24,936 nucleotides of DNA from IMG/VR virus record IMGVR_UViG_3300021971_000016, positions 1 to 24,936 of that record. One strand, 5' to 3'. The DNA is from a virus (taxonomy: Duplodnaviria; Caudoviricetes). Shown here piece after piece: positions 16,435 to 24,936 of this stretch. The stretch's first letter is position 1, and the number at the start of each line of letters is the position of its first letter. The notes beneath the pieces are model-generated. The model was not told where the DNA came from and made no database searches. It saw nothing but the letters and a program-made list of their open reading frames with translations. The translations under genes and the position numbers were made by a program.

Positions 16435-17577
16435 TTGGTTGGAAACGTCGAACCATTGCTTGTCAGTGATGTTCATATAACACAGCAACTAAACACAGTG
16501 GAACAAATCGACTTTACAACGATAAATGTACCAGAGAACGAATCCGCATATAAGATGCTAAAACCTCGATCGATTATCACAGTCCCAGATACGGGCGAAC
16601 AATATCGTATTTCTCAAAATGATGGAACGACGTTAGGCAATCAATACCAAAGGACTATCACGGGATTACAAGTCTTACAAGATCTAGGTGAACACATGGT
16701 TGCTTACAAATTAACAGGATCACAAAGTCTTGATAATGCTATGAAATTTATTACAAACGGAACAAAGTTCACGTATACAATTCATGACAGTTTTGATAAT
16801 TTTGATTTTGGAACAGATGGTATCGGACAAGAAAAGTCGCTAAGTCTTTTCACTGATACTCTAATGAAAGACTACAAGTTTGAGTTCACGGCACATGGTT
16901 ATCACATTGACATTTACAAGTCACTTGGTAGTCATGATAAGTTTGTTTTCTTGGCTGGGAGTGATGTCTATACACTTGCGGACACAGGCGATTATACAAA
17001 GATCAGAACACATATTGTTGGAACAGGTAAGACAACAGATACAAGTTCTGGAGGCGATGATTCTAAGACGTTATCTAGCACGATAACGGCTGAATATACA
17101 AGCCCTAATTCTAAAATATATGGAATTATTGATGCTGACCCTTTCAGTGATGACAATGCAACGACACAAGATCAATTAATTGCTGAAATGAAAGCAAGTT
17201 TACAAGATTACCCAGATATTCAATACACGGCTAATGTTAACAAGTTCGAAAAAAATAGCCCTATGAGCCAATTCAATGATTCAACGATTGGTAATTGGGG
17301 CTATTTACGTGATAGAAATGGTTTAGATGTCGAAACAAGAGTAATACAACGGGACTTATATCCACAAAGCAATCAAGAAGATACGTTGACATTTGGTAAT
17401 TTTATTCTTGACCCTAATAAAATGATCGCTGAAATGCAATTTAATCGCAGTAGTGATAATAATACTATCAAGGAATTACAACAAAGAATTTCACAAGGTG
17501 GCAGTGAAAGTGGCAGTGGAAGTGGAAGTATAGAACAACAATTTACAATTACGAAAGTTGGTGAAGTTAATGACTGA
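16435..17577 (+). CDS. Tail-associated protein (Tal / prophage tail endopeptidase-like, short form)
   Basis: Follows Dit; TKIRTHIVGTGK and YTSPNSKIYG motifs. True start may be ~18 nt upstream (SD GGGGGTG at 16405-16411). Confidence 0.82.
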   Translation: MVGNVEPLLVSDVHITQQLNTVEQIDFTTINVPENESAYKMLKPRSIITVPDTGEQYRISQNDGTTLGNQYQRTITGLQVLQDLGEHMVAYKLTGSQSLDNAMKFITNGTKFTYTIHDSFDNFDFGTDGIGQEKSLSLFTDTLMKDYKFEFTAHGYHIDIYKSLGSHDKFVFLAGSDVYTLADTGDYTKIRTHIVGTGKTTDTSSGGDDSKTLSSTITAEYTSPNSKIYGIIDADPFSDDNATTQDQLIAEMKASLQDYPDIQYTANVNKFEKNSPMSQFNDSTIGNWGYLRDRNGLDVETRVIQRDLYPQSNQEDTLTFGNFILDPNKMIAEMQFNRSSDNNTIKELQQRISQGGSESGSGSGSIEQQFTITKVGEVND

Positions 17578-18250
17578 CATAGTCCAAATGTCGCAGAATG
17601 GAACAAGTTTCTATCCACAGACTCATGCAAAAGCTGTATTAGGACTTCCAGACTTTTCGTCCTTTGCAAAAAAAGGTGAAATAGTTACCGAAGGAACAAT
17701 AGCGGCTAAGACGCCTTTATATAGAAGTACGAATTTATGGGTACAAAGTAAGAATAATTGGCAGAGTCCGAAGGATATGAGAACTGGCACTTCATTCCAA
17801 TTAGATACTTATTTTTATCCCGATGATTTAAAGCATGGAATTTTTATAGGAATTGACAAACATTTACTAACTGATAATACAACATATCCCGTTGCTTATA
17901 TGCCTTCATTTTCTGGATTAATTATCCCCGAAAATGTTGCTAAGTTTAGTGAAACTAATTTTTATTATTTTATGAGTAAAGAAGAAATTTATGCAGCCGT
18001 TATAGCTGGAAATTACATATTAGCTAATGAACCAATTGATGGATGTTCTTTAAGAGATGGAAATGGTGATTTAGCAGGAGATGGTAGTTGGAGTCGTAAT
18101 AGTGGTCAAATTAAATTAAATTTCGGTATTAATACAGATGGAAAAATCGGAAGTTTATATGCTGACTTATCGTTACCATCAATTTCGTATTCTGGTTTAA
18201 CAATCAATGTTATGGAGTTTCCAGTAATAGACGAAGTAATTGCAGTTTAA
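17570..18250 (+). CDS. Baseplate / tail-associated protein of unknown function
   Basis: SD GGTGA at 17560 favours ATG 17570; N-terminal FYPQTHAKAVLGL motif seen in phage tail accessory proteins; overlaps the Tal stop. Confidence 0.65.
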   Translation: MTDIVQMSQNGTSFYPQTHAKAVLGLPDFSSFAKKGEIVTEGTIAAKTPLYRSTNLWVQSKNNWQSPKDMRTGTSFQLDTYFYPDDLKHGIFIGIDKHLLTDNTTYPVAYMPSFSGLIIPENVAKFSETNFYYFMSKEEIYAAVIAGNYILANEPIDGCSLRDGNGDLAGDGSWSRNSGQIKLNFGINTDGKIGSLYADLSLPSISYSGLTINVMEFPVIDEVIAV

Positions 18251-18268
18251 AGAAAGAAGGAGTGATAA

Positions 18269-20941
18269 ATGACAAAAATAGCAAATATTAACCTTGACAT
18301 TCGTAAAAATAAGGCAATTGATAATGAACCAATAGTTTTGCGACAAGGCGATTCTGATGTGACTATTGAAGCATCAATTTCTAACGATGGTTATCCAAAT
18401 GTTGAAATAGACTTTGCAACTTTTGCAGCAACGAAACCCGATGGCACAATTATTTCTAATGACCCAGCCAACGTAAATGGGAACGTGATTAGCTATCCAA
18501 TTAGCAAGCATTTAACTGATTCCGTTGGCAAAATTCATGATGCTTATTTCATGATCAATAACAAAATCACTACATCTGGTTTTGATATTTCAATAATCCC
18601 TAGCGCACAACTTGATAGTACTTCGGTTAACTACCTTCCAGGACTTGAGAATATCAATAAGTTTTTGAAATCCACCGAAGATGATTGGCTCGGAAGAATC
18701 CAACAAATGAAAGCTCAAATTGCTGGTCTAGATATTCCAACAGAATTCAAGTTGCTTATGGATAAGGCTTTGAGCGATGCTAAGGCTCAATATCAACCAA
18801 TCATAGATGCAGCTCAAGAAAATGTCGAAAGCATTGCCGCTGATTTGGCATCTAAAAAATTGGATTTGGAAAATAACAGCGATGAATTAAATAAAACAAT
18901 TGCGGATATTAAGGCACAATTAGCTTCTGTAAACTCATTTTTGGATAGCGTCCAGAAACAAATTATTGACGCCAACACCAGTTTTACAGCTGGACAACAA
19001 GCCCAAATCTCTCAATCAATTGCGGATAGCCAAAAGAAATTAGCAGATTCAATAGCTTCTATGCAAAGTGAAGCAGCTCAAACGATTACTGATACTAAGG
19101 CAAGCGTCCAACAAATTCAGCAAAGTGCTAAGAACGCCAATGATTCCATTCAAAATGCAGAATCGTATTTGAAATCAATTACAGCACTGCCCGAGACTTT
19201 TGCTAATTTATCGGCTATTAAAGCTAAATACCCAAGTGGCAAAAACGGTTTGATGGTAGCGGCTGATAATGGTCACAAGTATATTTGGGCAAACAATTCA
19301 TGGGTAGATGCAGGTGTTTATCAAGCGGTTGGTATTGCGGACGAAACAGTGACACCAGAAAAGACCACATTTATAGATAATAGGCTAGATTTTGAGATAG
19401 AGATAGGTACAATCTCAGGTGGTGTAAATAATACATCTGATTCGTCTAAGCTAAGAACTAAATACACGCTAAAAAATCCACACGGTATAACGATAGTACG
19501 TAAAAATGAAAATTTGTTATATGGAGTATCTAAATATGTAGATGGCGTATGGGACGGTGTAGATTATGGTTGGATGAATGTCAACGAAACTTACATTGAG
19601 CCGGGAAAAGATGTCCGATTTAATATTAAAAAGGCTGACAATTCGGAGTTTACTTCGGACGAAATCAAAAATATTCACAATGATATTGAGGTTAGATTTT
19701 CATTTAGAATTGCTGATTATTATGATTTAGAAGATTTAAAAACCGAAGTTAGCGAGGGACTTTTAGAAAATAAAAATGTTAGTTCGTCTGAATTTGAATA
19801 CGGTTCTATTTCTGGAAACACACAAAGTACTAGTTACCCAAATAGAGCACACTCAAAAGACTTTATACAATTAAATAAGAATGACAAAATTATATTCAAC
19901 AAAGACAGAAATATTTTTAAGTACGGAGTATCTGTTTCTAACCTAGACGGGACATGGAACGGTATAGACTATGGGTGGATAAACGATGATGAATTTATTG
20001 TCCCTAATGACTCTATCGTGAAATTGATTATTAGTTATGCCGATAATCGAGATATTACTGAAAGTGATTTTAACGATGTAACAAATAATGCATTTACTAT
20101 AGAAAAAACGTTAAAAAACATGGTTGAAACTAACACTAAACAACTAGCAGACAATGAGGAAATTACAGAAAAAAAAGAAGCAATCAACTCAATATCTGTA
20201 GAATACGGTAGATTAAGTGGAGCAAGCTATGTGTTTGCACGGATTCCAAAAATAACCAATACTGGAAAGAGATTGTTCCCTAAGTTAACTTTAACATCTA
20301 GTGATGGAAGTTTAAGCGGAAATAAAAGACCAGCCTTGCGCTATGCTAAGGATACTGATTCTATTTTTACGGTAAATGCGGGGCTATTCAACGTCTCAAC
20401 GATTGAACCAGTTGGACAATTAATTATTGACGGTGTAAGTCTGGTCAATACACCGATGACAAGTGATAACGGAGTACCGATTAATCCTGACGAATGTTAT
20501 CCACTTGCTATTGACGGTAATGGTGATTTAACTACTTATCCACACAATGCCGATACAGCCAATATGATTGCTGCCGGTGTGAAGTACGCAGTAACAGCTT
20601 GGGGCAAACTAGTGGATAATTTTGAAATAGCGACAACAGATATTGAGAATGAAATTGTCCACAACGGGCGCTATATTAGACAATCTATTGGACAATACCA
20701 GAATGGAGATTATTGCGTATGTACTGTTGATATGACAAGGGGTTCAGTAACTAATGAGGCGGGATTATATTATAAAGATTTAGCTCAAATATTCGTTGAT
20801 AAAGGTGTTAAGTTTGCTTTTTCTCTTGATGGTGGTGGAAGTGCTGAAACAGTTTTAGGCAAGAGGCAACTAAACCCGATTTATGAAGGGTCAGAAGGTA
20901 GAGCGGTACCGACTGTTATAACTTTTGAAATTGATGAATAA
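18269..20941 (+). CDS. BppU-like baseplate / tail fibre protein with C-terminal phosphodiester glycosidase (NAGPA-like) domain
   Basis: N-terminal LRQGD...KPDGT...AYF (BppU/DUF2479-like); coiled coil; YPSGKNGLMVAADNGHKYIW module; two internal repeats; C-terminal VNAGLF...RQSIGQ...AFSLDGGGS signature. Confidence 0.85.
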   Translation: MTKIANINLDIRKNKAIDNEPIVLRQGDSDVTIEASISNDGYPNVEIDFATFAATKPDGTIISNDPANVNGNVISYPISKHLTDSVGKIHDAYFMINNKITTSGFDISIIPSAQLDSTSVNYLPGLENINKFLKSTEDDWLGRIQQMKAQIAGLDIPTEFKLLMDKALSDAKAQYQPIIDAAQENVESIAADLASKKLDLENNSDELNKTIADIKAQLASVNSFLDSVQKQIIDANTSFTAGQQAQISQSIADSQKKLADSIASMQSEAAQTITDTKASVQQIQQSAKNANDSIQNAESYLKSITALPETFANLSAIKAKYPSGKNGLMVAADNGHKYIWANNSWVDAGVYQAVGIADETVTPEKTTFIDNRLDFEIEIGTISGGVNNTSDSSKLRTKYTLKNPHGITIVRKNENLLYGVSKYVDGVWDGVDYGWMNVNETYIEPGKDVRFNIKKADNSEFTSDEIKNIHNDIEVRFSFRIADYYDLEDLKTEVSEGLLENKNVSSSEFEYGSISGNTQSTSYPNRAHSKDFIQLNKNDKIIFNKDRNIFKYGVSVSNLDGTWNGIDYGWINDDEFIVPNDSIVKLIISYADNRDITESDFNDVTNNAFTIEKTLKNMVETNTKQLADNEEITEKKEAINSISVEYGRLSGASYVFARIPKITNTGKRLFPKLTLTSSDGSLSGNKRPALRYAKDTDSIFTVNAGLFNVSTIEPVGQLIIDGVSLVNTPMTSDNGVPINPDECYPLAIDGNGDLTTYPHNADTANMIAAGVKYAVTAWGKLVDNFEIATTDIENEIVHNGRYIRQSIGQYQNGDYCVCTVDMTRGSVTNEAGLYYKDLAQIFVDKGVKFAFSLDGGGSAETVLGKRQLNPIYEGSEGRAVPTVITFEIDE

Positions 20942-20985
20942 AAAGGGAGGATACTAAATTACGATTTATTCGATTTAAAATTCTG

Positions 20986-21777
20986 ATGATTAAGGCGATG
21001 ACAATGCTAAATAAAATCAGAGATAACCCGACACATGCAGCACTGGCCATTGGCATGAGTTTTGATTTAAGCGAATTTTTAACAGAAGGGTTAATTGAAA
21101 GCATTAAAAATGGATTGATTCCATCGGATTTAGCAACTGTATATGCTGGCAATTATCTAGTAAAATCATTGATTACCGAAGCCCAGATTACTCAAGTATC
21201 AGATGCAATTACAGCCTACAAAGCTGTGCAGATAGCATCAGCAACACCAACAGCTTCAGTAGCATCTGCTGGAGGTTCAGTGGAAACGCCTACTAATTTA
21301 AGTAAGGAGAAGTCACGAGTCCAAATGAAATTTACATTAATGGAGAATGAAACAGCTTACCCTGATTTCTTGCAAACCAATGACGATAATTTCAAGTTGA
21401 CTGCTAGTGAATTGGGGAAGATTTGGGATTTATTATCAAGTAACTATCTAGTTAATCAAGATGTGATTCCAAAAATTAGTTTCAAGCCGTTGTATGCAGT
21501 AAAAGACGATTCTACTATTTACAACAATTGGCTATATGATTTCGATACACTCGAAAATTTGATTAACTATTTGATCCTACACGGTTTCAAAGATAACGAC
21601 ATCATAAGAGCGGATTTCACTAATTATGAGATTTTTGAGATTGATGTACCAGAAACAATTTATTTTACAAAAGATTATATAAATACCGTAAATGCGGACT
21701 GGGCAAAGGTTGACAAGATAATTTCTGACTTACATTCCAGTCTTGCTTTTTATGGTTTCGAAAGGAAAGATAACTAA
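20986..21777 (+). CDS. Hypothetical tail-region protein, apparently chimeric
   Basis: 263-aa ORF with several in-frame ATGs, an Ala/Ser/Thr linker and an internal SD-like AAGGAG at 21304-21309. Start uncertain. Confidence 0.6.
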   Translation: MIKAMTMLNKIRDNPTHAALAIGMSFDLSEFLTEGLIESIKNGLIPSDLATVYAGNYLVKSLITEAQITQVSDAITAYKAVQIASATPTASVASAGGSVETPTNLSKEKSRVQMKFTLMENETAYPDFLQTNDDNFKLTASELGKIWDLLSSNYLVNQDVIPKISFKPLYAVKDDSTIYNNWLYDFDTLENLINYLILHGFKDNDIIRADFTNYEIFEIDVPETIYFTKDYINTVNADWAKVDKIISDLHSSLAFYGFERKDN

Positions 21778-21779
21778 AA

Positions 21780-23693
21780 ATGGACGAAAGCAGAGAAAAC
21801 ATTCTCAACCAAGATAGTTGGCTACCAGTTTCTCCAGATTCTGTTGGTGGATATTTAAAGATCGACTTGAATAAGACTGATTTAGTTTCATATTCACTTA
21901 ACAAAAGATTCAGACAAGGTGAAAACGGCGCCGACCTTAAAATATGGTTCTATGATGGAAACATTCCTCATCAATTAGACCCAGCCAACTCTTCTGTAAC
22001 GCTTTATGGAAAAGATTCAAATAGTAAGTACAAAGTAGTTTCAGCTCAACCAGATTCTGATTGGCAAAGTGGTCGGGTCGTTATGTATCTACCGTCACAA
22101 TGCTTTGCTAGTGCGGGTCAATACAAGCGAATGGTTATTGAAGTCAAAAATAGCGATCAAGTGATTGCTACAATCAATTTTAGTCTTGATGTATTGCCAA
22201 ACGATTTCTATAACATGAACATCGGTTCGATCAATTTCTCAAGTGAATTGAATAATCAACTGATTAAGGCTTTGAATGATGCTAACGAACAAGTTGCTAC
22301 AAATGCTAATGCTGCCGATAATGCTACAAAAAAATTCCAGTCTGATTATGATTCACTGAGCCAAATTGCGGCGAATATTCAAAAATTAGTCAATGACAAT
22401 AATGTTGTCACAAAATCCGTTTTTGATAAACACGTAGCGGATATGACTACAAAGACGTACAAGGCTAGTGAAATTAATTGGCAAGTGCCATTTACATCAT
22501 GGAGTGAAGCTGGTGGATCTAGTTTAATTTTGCGTGATGGAGTTGTTGAAATGTCCCTTGTAGCAATAAATACTTCGCCAGGTGGCGCAACTATGTGCCT
22601 ATTGCCTATGGATTGCCGTCCTCAAGTTGAAAAGGCTGGGGTAGGTATGGCAATGGATATAAACGGACATAATGCCGAACCCGTATTTATTTCAATTTTG
22701 CCAGATGGACGTGTGATTGTACAAGATACTACACACCCAACAGCTAAAATCGTATTTACTACTGCTTACTCACTAGCAATGGACGAAAGCGAAAAGAATA
22801 GCAATGATTATGCACCAATTGATGGCGATCAACCGTCAGTACCAAAGCCACAGCTAGTAAAAGATCAACAGTCAGTAACAGGTGATCCAGTTGTTGGTGT
22901 ATATAAGCCAACTAATGTCTATGCACCTGATGGAACAATCGGACGTGCATTGACGGTTGGACAAACATATGCAGTTGATATGACTGGTACAATGAATGGT
23001 CGAAAAGTGTTGCGTGTTTCTACAAATGAGTGGGTTTATGCTGATAGCGTTGCGTATTCATATGTTGCATCTGGTGAAATTAAAGCAATTGGAAATTCTC
23101 AAACTGGCTACCGTGAAAGCGGACAACAATATAGTTTGGCTCTTACAGATGGAACTCCATATGTTATCGATCGTAAGATGGAAATTGCTGGTAAAATTGC
23201 TTACAGAGTTGCCACAAACCAATATCTAGATAGCTCAAATGGAACTATGGTCGATCCCAAGGACTCAACTGGTGATGGTGGTAGTAAACAGTCAGTAACA
23301 AATGAACAGCCAGTAACAGGTGATCCAGTTGCTGGTATATATCAACCAACTAATGTATTTGCATCTGATGGAACACCTGGACGTGCATTGGCGGTTGGAC
23401 AACCATATGCGGTTGACATGACAGGATTCTTGAATGGCCGTAGAGTGCTACGTATTTCTTCAAATGAGTGGGTTTATGCTGATGAAGTCGCATATTCATA
23501 TGTTGCGTCTGGTATAATTAAAACATATAAAGCTGGTCAAACTGGCTATCGAGAAAGCGGACAACAAACCAACTTATATCTTGATGAGGGAACTCCATAT
23601 GTTATCGATCGTAAGATGGAAGTTGAAGGCAGAATTGCTTATAGAGTTGCCACAAACCAATACTTAGATAGCTCGGACGGAATACTTCAATAG
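21780..23693 (+). CDS. Second BppU-like protein with RBP-head-like domain and duplicated SLAP/SH3-like cell-wall-binding modules
   Basis: N-terminal RFRQGENG...FASAGQY (BppU-like); LLPMDCRP...ISILPDGRV head-like segment; repeated LRVSTNEWV and YRVATNQYL motifs. Confidence 0.8.
   Translation: MDESRENILNQDSWLPVSPDSVGGYLKIDLNKTDLVSYSLNKRFRQGENGADLKIWFYDGNIPHQLDPANSSVTLYGKDSNSKYKVVSAQPDSDWQSGRVVMYLPSQCFASAGQYKRMVIEVKNSDQVIATINFSLDVLPNDFYNMNIGSINFSSELNNQLIKALNDANEQVATNANAADNATKKFQSDYDSLSQIAANIQKLVNDNNVVTKSVFDKHVADMTTKTYKASEINWQVPFTSWSEAGGSSLILRDGVVEMSLVAINTSPGGATMCLLPMDCRPQVEKAGVGMAMDINGHNAEPVFISILPDGRVIVQDTTHPTAKIVFTTAYSLAMDESEKNSNDYAPIDGDQPSVPKPQLVKDQQSVTGDPVVGVYKPTNVYAPDGTIGRALTVGQTYAVDMTGTMNGRKVLRVSTNEWVYADSVAYSYVASGEIKAIGNSQTGYRESGQQYSLALTDGTPYVIDRKMEIAGKIAYRVATNQYLDSSNGTMVDPKDSTGDGGSKQSVTNEQPVTGDPVAGIYQPTNVFASDGTPGRALAVGQPYAVDMTGFLNGRRVLRISSNEWVYADEVAYSYVASGIIKTYKAGQTGYRESGQQTNLYLDEGTPYVIDRKMEVEGRIAYRVATNQYLDSSDGILQ
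22873..23674 (+). repeat. Two 364-bp direct repeats (22873-23236 and 23311-23674; period 438 bp)
   Basis: Both start CAGTAACAGGTGATCCAGTTG and end TAGATAGCTC; in frame. Confidence 0.92.
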
Positions 23694-23710
23694 TGTTCCG
23701 TTTTTTATTT
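23676..23710 (+). terminator. Rho-independent terminator overlapping the stop of the last tail gene
   Basis: GACGGAATACT-TCAAT-AGTGTTCCGTT followed by TTTTATTT. Confidence 0.7.
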
Positions 23711-23738
23711 TATAAATTTTAGGAGGTGAAATATAGAT

Positions 23739-24167
23739 ATGTATGGAACATTACCAAACGCAGGCTTTACCCAGTGGGAGTTTGCAATTGCACACATGGG
23801 AAGCAACACTTTATTAAACACGCTGTTTATTTTGATTATTGCCGATGTGATCACAGGAGTAGCAAAATCAATCATCAACCATTGCGTGGATAGTTCGATC
23901 GGTAAGAAAGGATTAGCAATACACTTCACAATCATTTTGCTGGTTGCTTTGCTTTATCCATGGTCAATAGCAATCCACTACCAGTGGCTAGGCGATTCAG
24001 TTTTAAGTTTATGGACTTTCATGTATGCAACTTCAATTGTTGAAAATGTAGGTCAAATGGGGTTGCCACTACCGAATTTTATTAAATACAGACTAAATAA
24101 ATTTGGTCAAGACATGGAAACTCAAGAATCAAAGCAAGAAAATGATAGTGTTAAAGGAGATAAATAA
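23739..24167 (+). CDS. Holin (Phage_holin_4_1-like)
   Basis: SD AGGAGGTG; DVITGVAKS...SSIGKKGL and SIVENVGQMGLPLP motifs; hydrophobic segments; upstream of the lysin. Confidence 0.9.
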   Translation: MYGTLPNAGFTQWEFAIAHMGSNTLLNTLFILIIADVITGVAKSIINHCVDSSIGKKGLAIHFTIILLVALLYPWSIAIHYQWLGDSVLSLWTFMYATSIVENVGQMGLPLPNFIKYRLNKFGQDMETQESKQENDSVKGDK

Positions 24168-24936
24168 ATGAATTTTAATATCGACAAACAATACGAGTTG
24201 GGAGAAGATGAAGGATCATCTACACCCACAAACAACTTATTTATCATCTTGCACGAAACGACAAATATTGGTGCTGCCGCTAACGCAAGTTATTTCAAAA
24301 ATAACTGGTCAACAACTCAAACTTATGTCCAATATGTTATTGGAGATGGTGGAAAGATCTTTCAAGTTGGTGCTGATGGCTACGAAGCTTGGGGAGCTGG
24401 ATCTTATGCAAATGCAAATTCTCCTGTTCAAATTGAACTTGCTCGTACGACTGATAAAGGAACATTCAAAAAGGACTATGCAACTTTCGTAAATTTCGCA
24501 CGTTATAAAGCTCAACAATTCAGCATTCCATGTACATTAGATGCTGGCGGTATGTATGATAAAGGAATTAAAACCCATTATTGGGTATCACAAAATATTT
24601 GGGGGACCCATGATGATCCAGTTCAAAGTTATTTAGAGCCGTTCTGGGGGATTACACAAGAACAACTGGCGCACGATATTGCGGTTGGTATTGAAGATGT
24701 AGTAGAGCCTAAGAAGACGTTTACTAACATTAATAATGTTGTCACTGTATTAAATGGCAATATTAAAGGCTATACGACATATAAGAAAGATGGTTCAGCC
24801 AATGCTACTACTAATATTGCCCCTAACACAGGTTGGATTTCAGCCGGTATTGAGATGATTAATGGTGAACCACATTATCATATTGGTGGAAATATTTACA
24901 TTCCACAGTCAATCACAACCTTTAAAGACAAAGTGC
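24168..24936 (+). CDS. Endolysin, N-acetylmuramoyl-L-alanine amidase (Amidase_2), truncated by the window end
   Basis: SD AAAGGAG, ATG 24168; translation MNFNIDKQY...IILHET...AWGAG...VQIEL...IKTHYWVS...THDDP carries the Zn-amidase residues. Absent from the ORF track because there is no stop in the window. Confidence 0.92.
   Translation, partial: MNFNIDKQYELGEDEGSSTPTNNLFIILHETTNIGAAANASYFKNNWSTTQTYVQYVIGDGGKIFQVGADGYEAWGAGSYANANSPVQIELARTTDKGTFKKDYATFVNFARYKAQQFSIPCTLDAGGMYDKGIKTHYWVSQNIWGTHDDPVQSYLEPFWGITQEQLAHDIAVGIEDVVEPKKTFTNINNVVTVLNGNIKGYTTYKKDGSANATTNIAPNTGWISAGIEMINGEPHYHIGGNIYIPQSITTFKDKV

Noticed and set aside
22873-23674. Diversity-generating retroelement TR/VR pair
   Set aside because: Differences are not adenine-specific (many C/T and G/A changes), both copies are in frame in one gene, and no reverse transcriptase is present.
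1-24936. CRISPR array, IS element, intron or integrase
   Set aside because: No regularly spaced repeats, transposase, homing endonuclease or interrupted core gene was seen.

Overview
Late (morphogenesis and lysis) operon of a long-tailed siphovirus or prophage of a low-GC Firmicute, entirely on the + strand. The host is most likely Lactobacillaceae; SLAP-like 'YRVATNQY' repeats suggest Companilactobacillus (inference). Gene order: terS, PBSX-type terL, SPP1/A118-type portal, minor capsid, GP20-type scaffold, major capsid, four head-tail joining proteins, tail tube, two tail chaperones, tape measure with a C-terminal lytic transglycosylase, Dit, Tal, four baseplate/adsorption proteins, holin and a truncated amidase endolysin. 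The most unusual part is the first ~850 bp, a dense cluster of structured RNAs upstream of terS. It holds a degenerate tRNA, two tandem covarying H-type pseudoknots inside a closing stem, a tRNA-like scaffold whose D/anticodon half is replaced by an ~85-nt loop with repeated anti-Shine-Dalgarno-like motifs, and a rare tRNA-Ile(UAU). A pseudoknot of the same architecture abuts the scaffold-gene RBS. The baseplate region is mosaic, with a BppU protein ending in a phosphodiester glycosidase (NAGPA-like) domain, an apparently chimeric ORF, and a second BppU/RBP protein with duplicated SLAP-like modules. All family calls are from motif recognition and synteny; no database searches were run.
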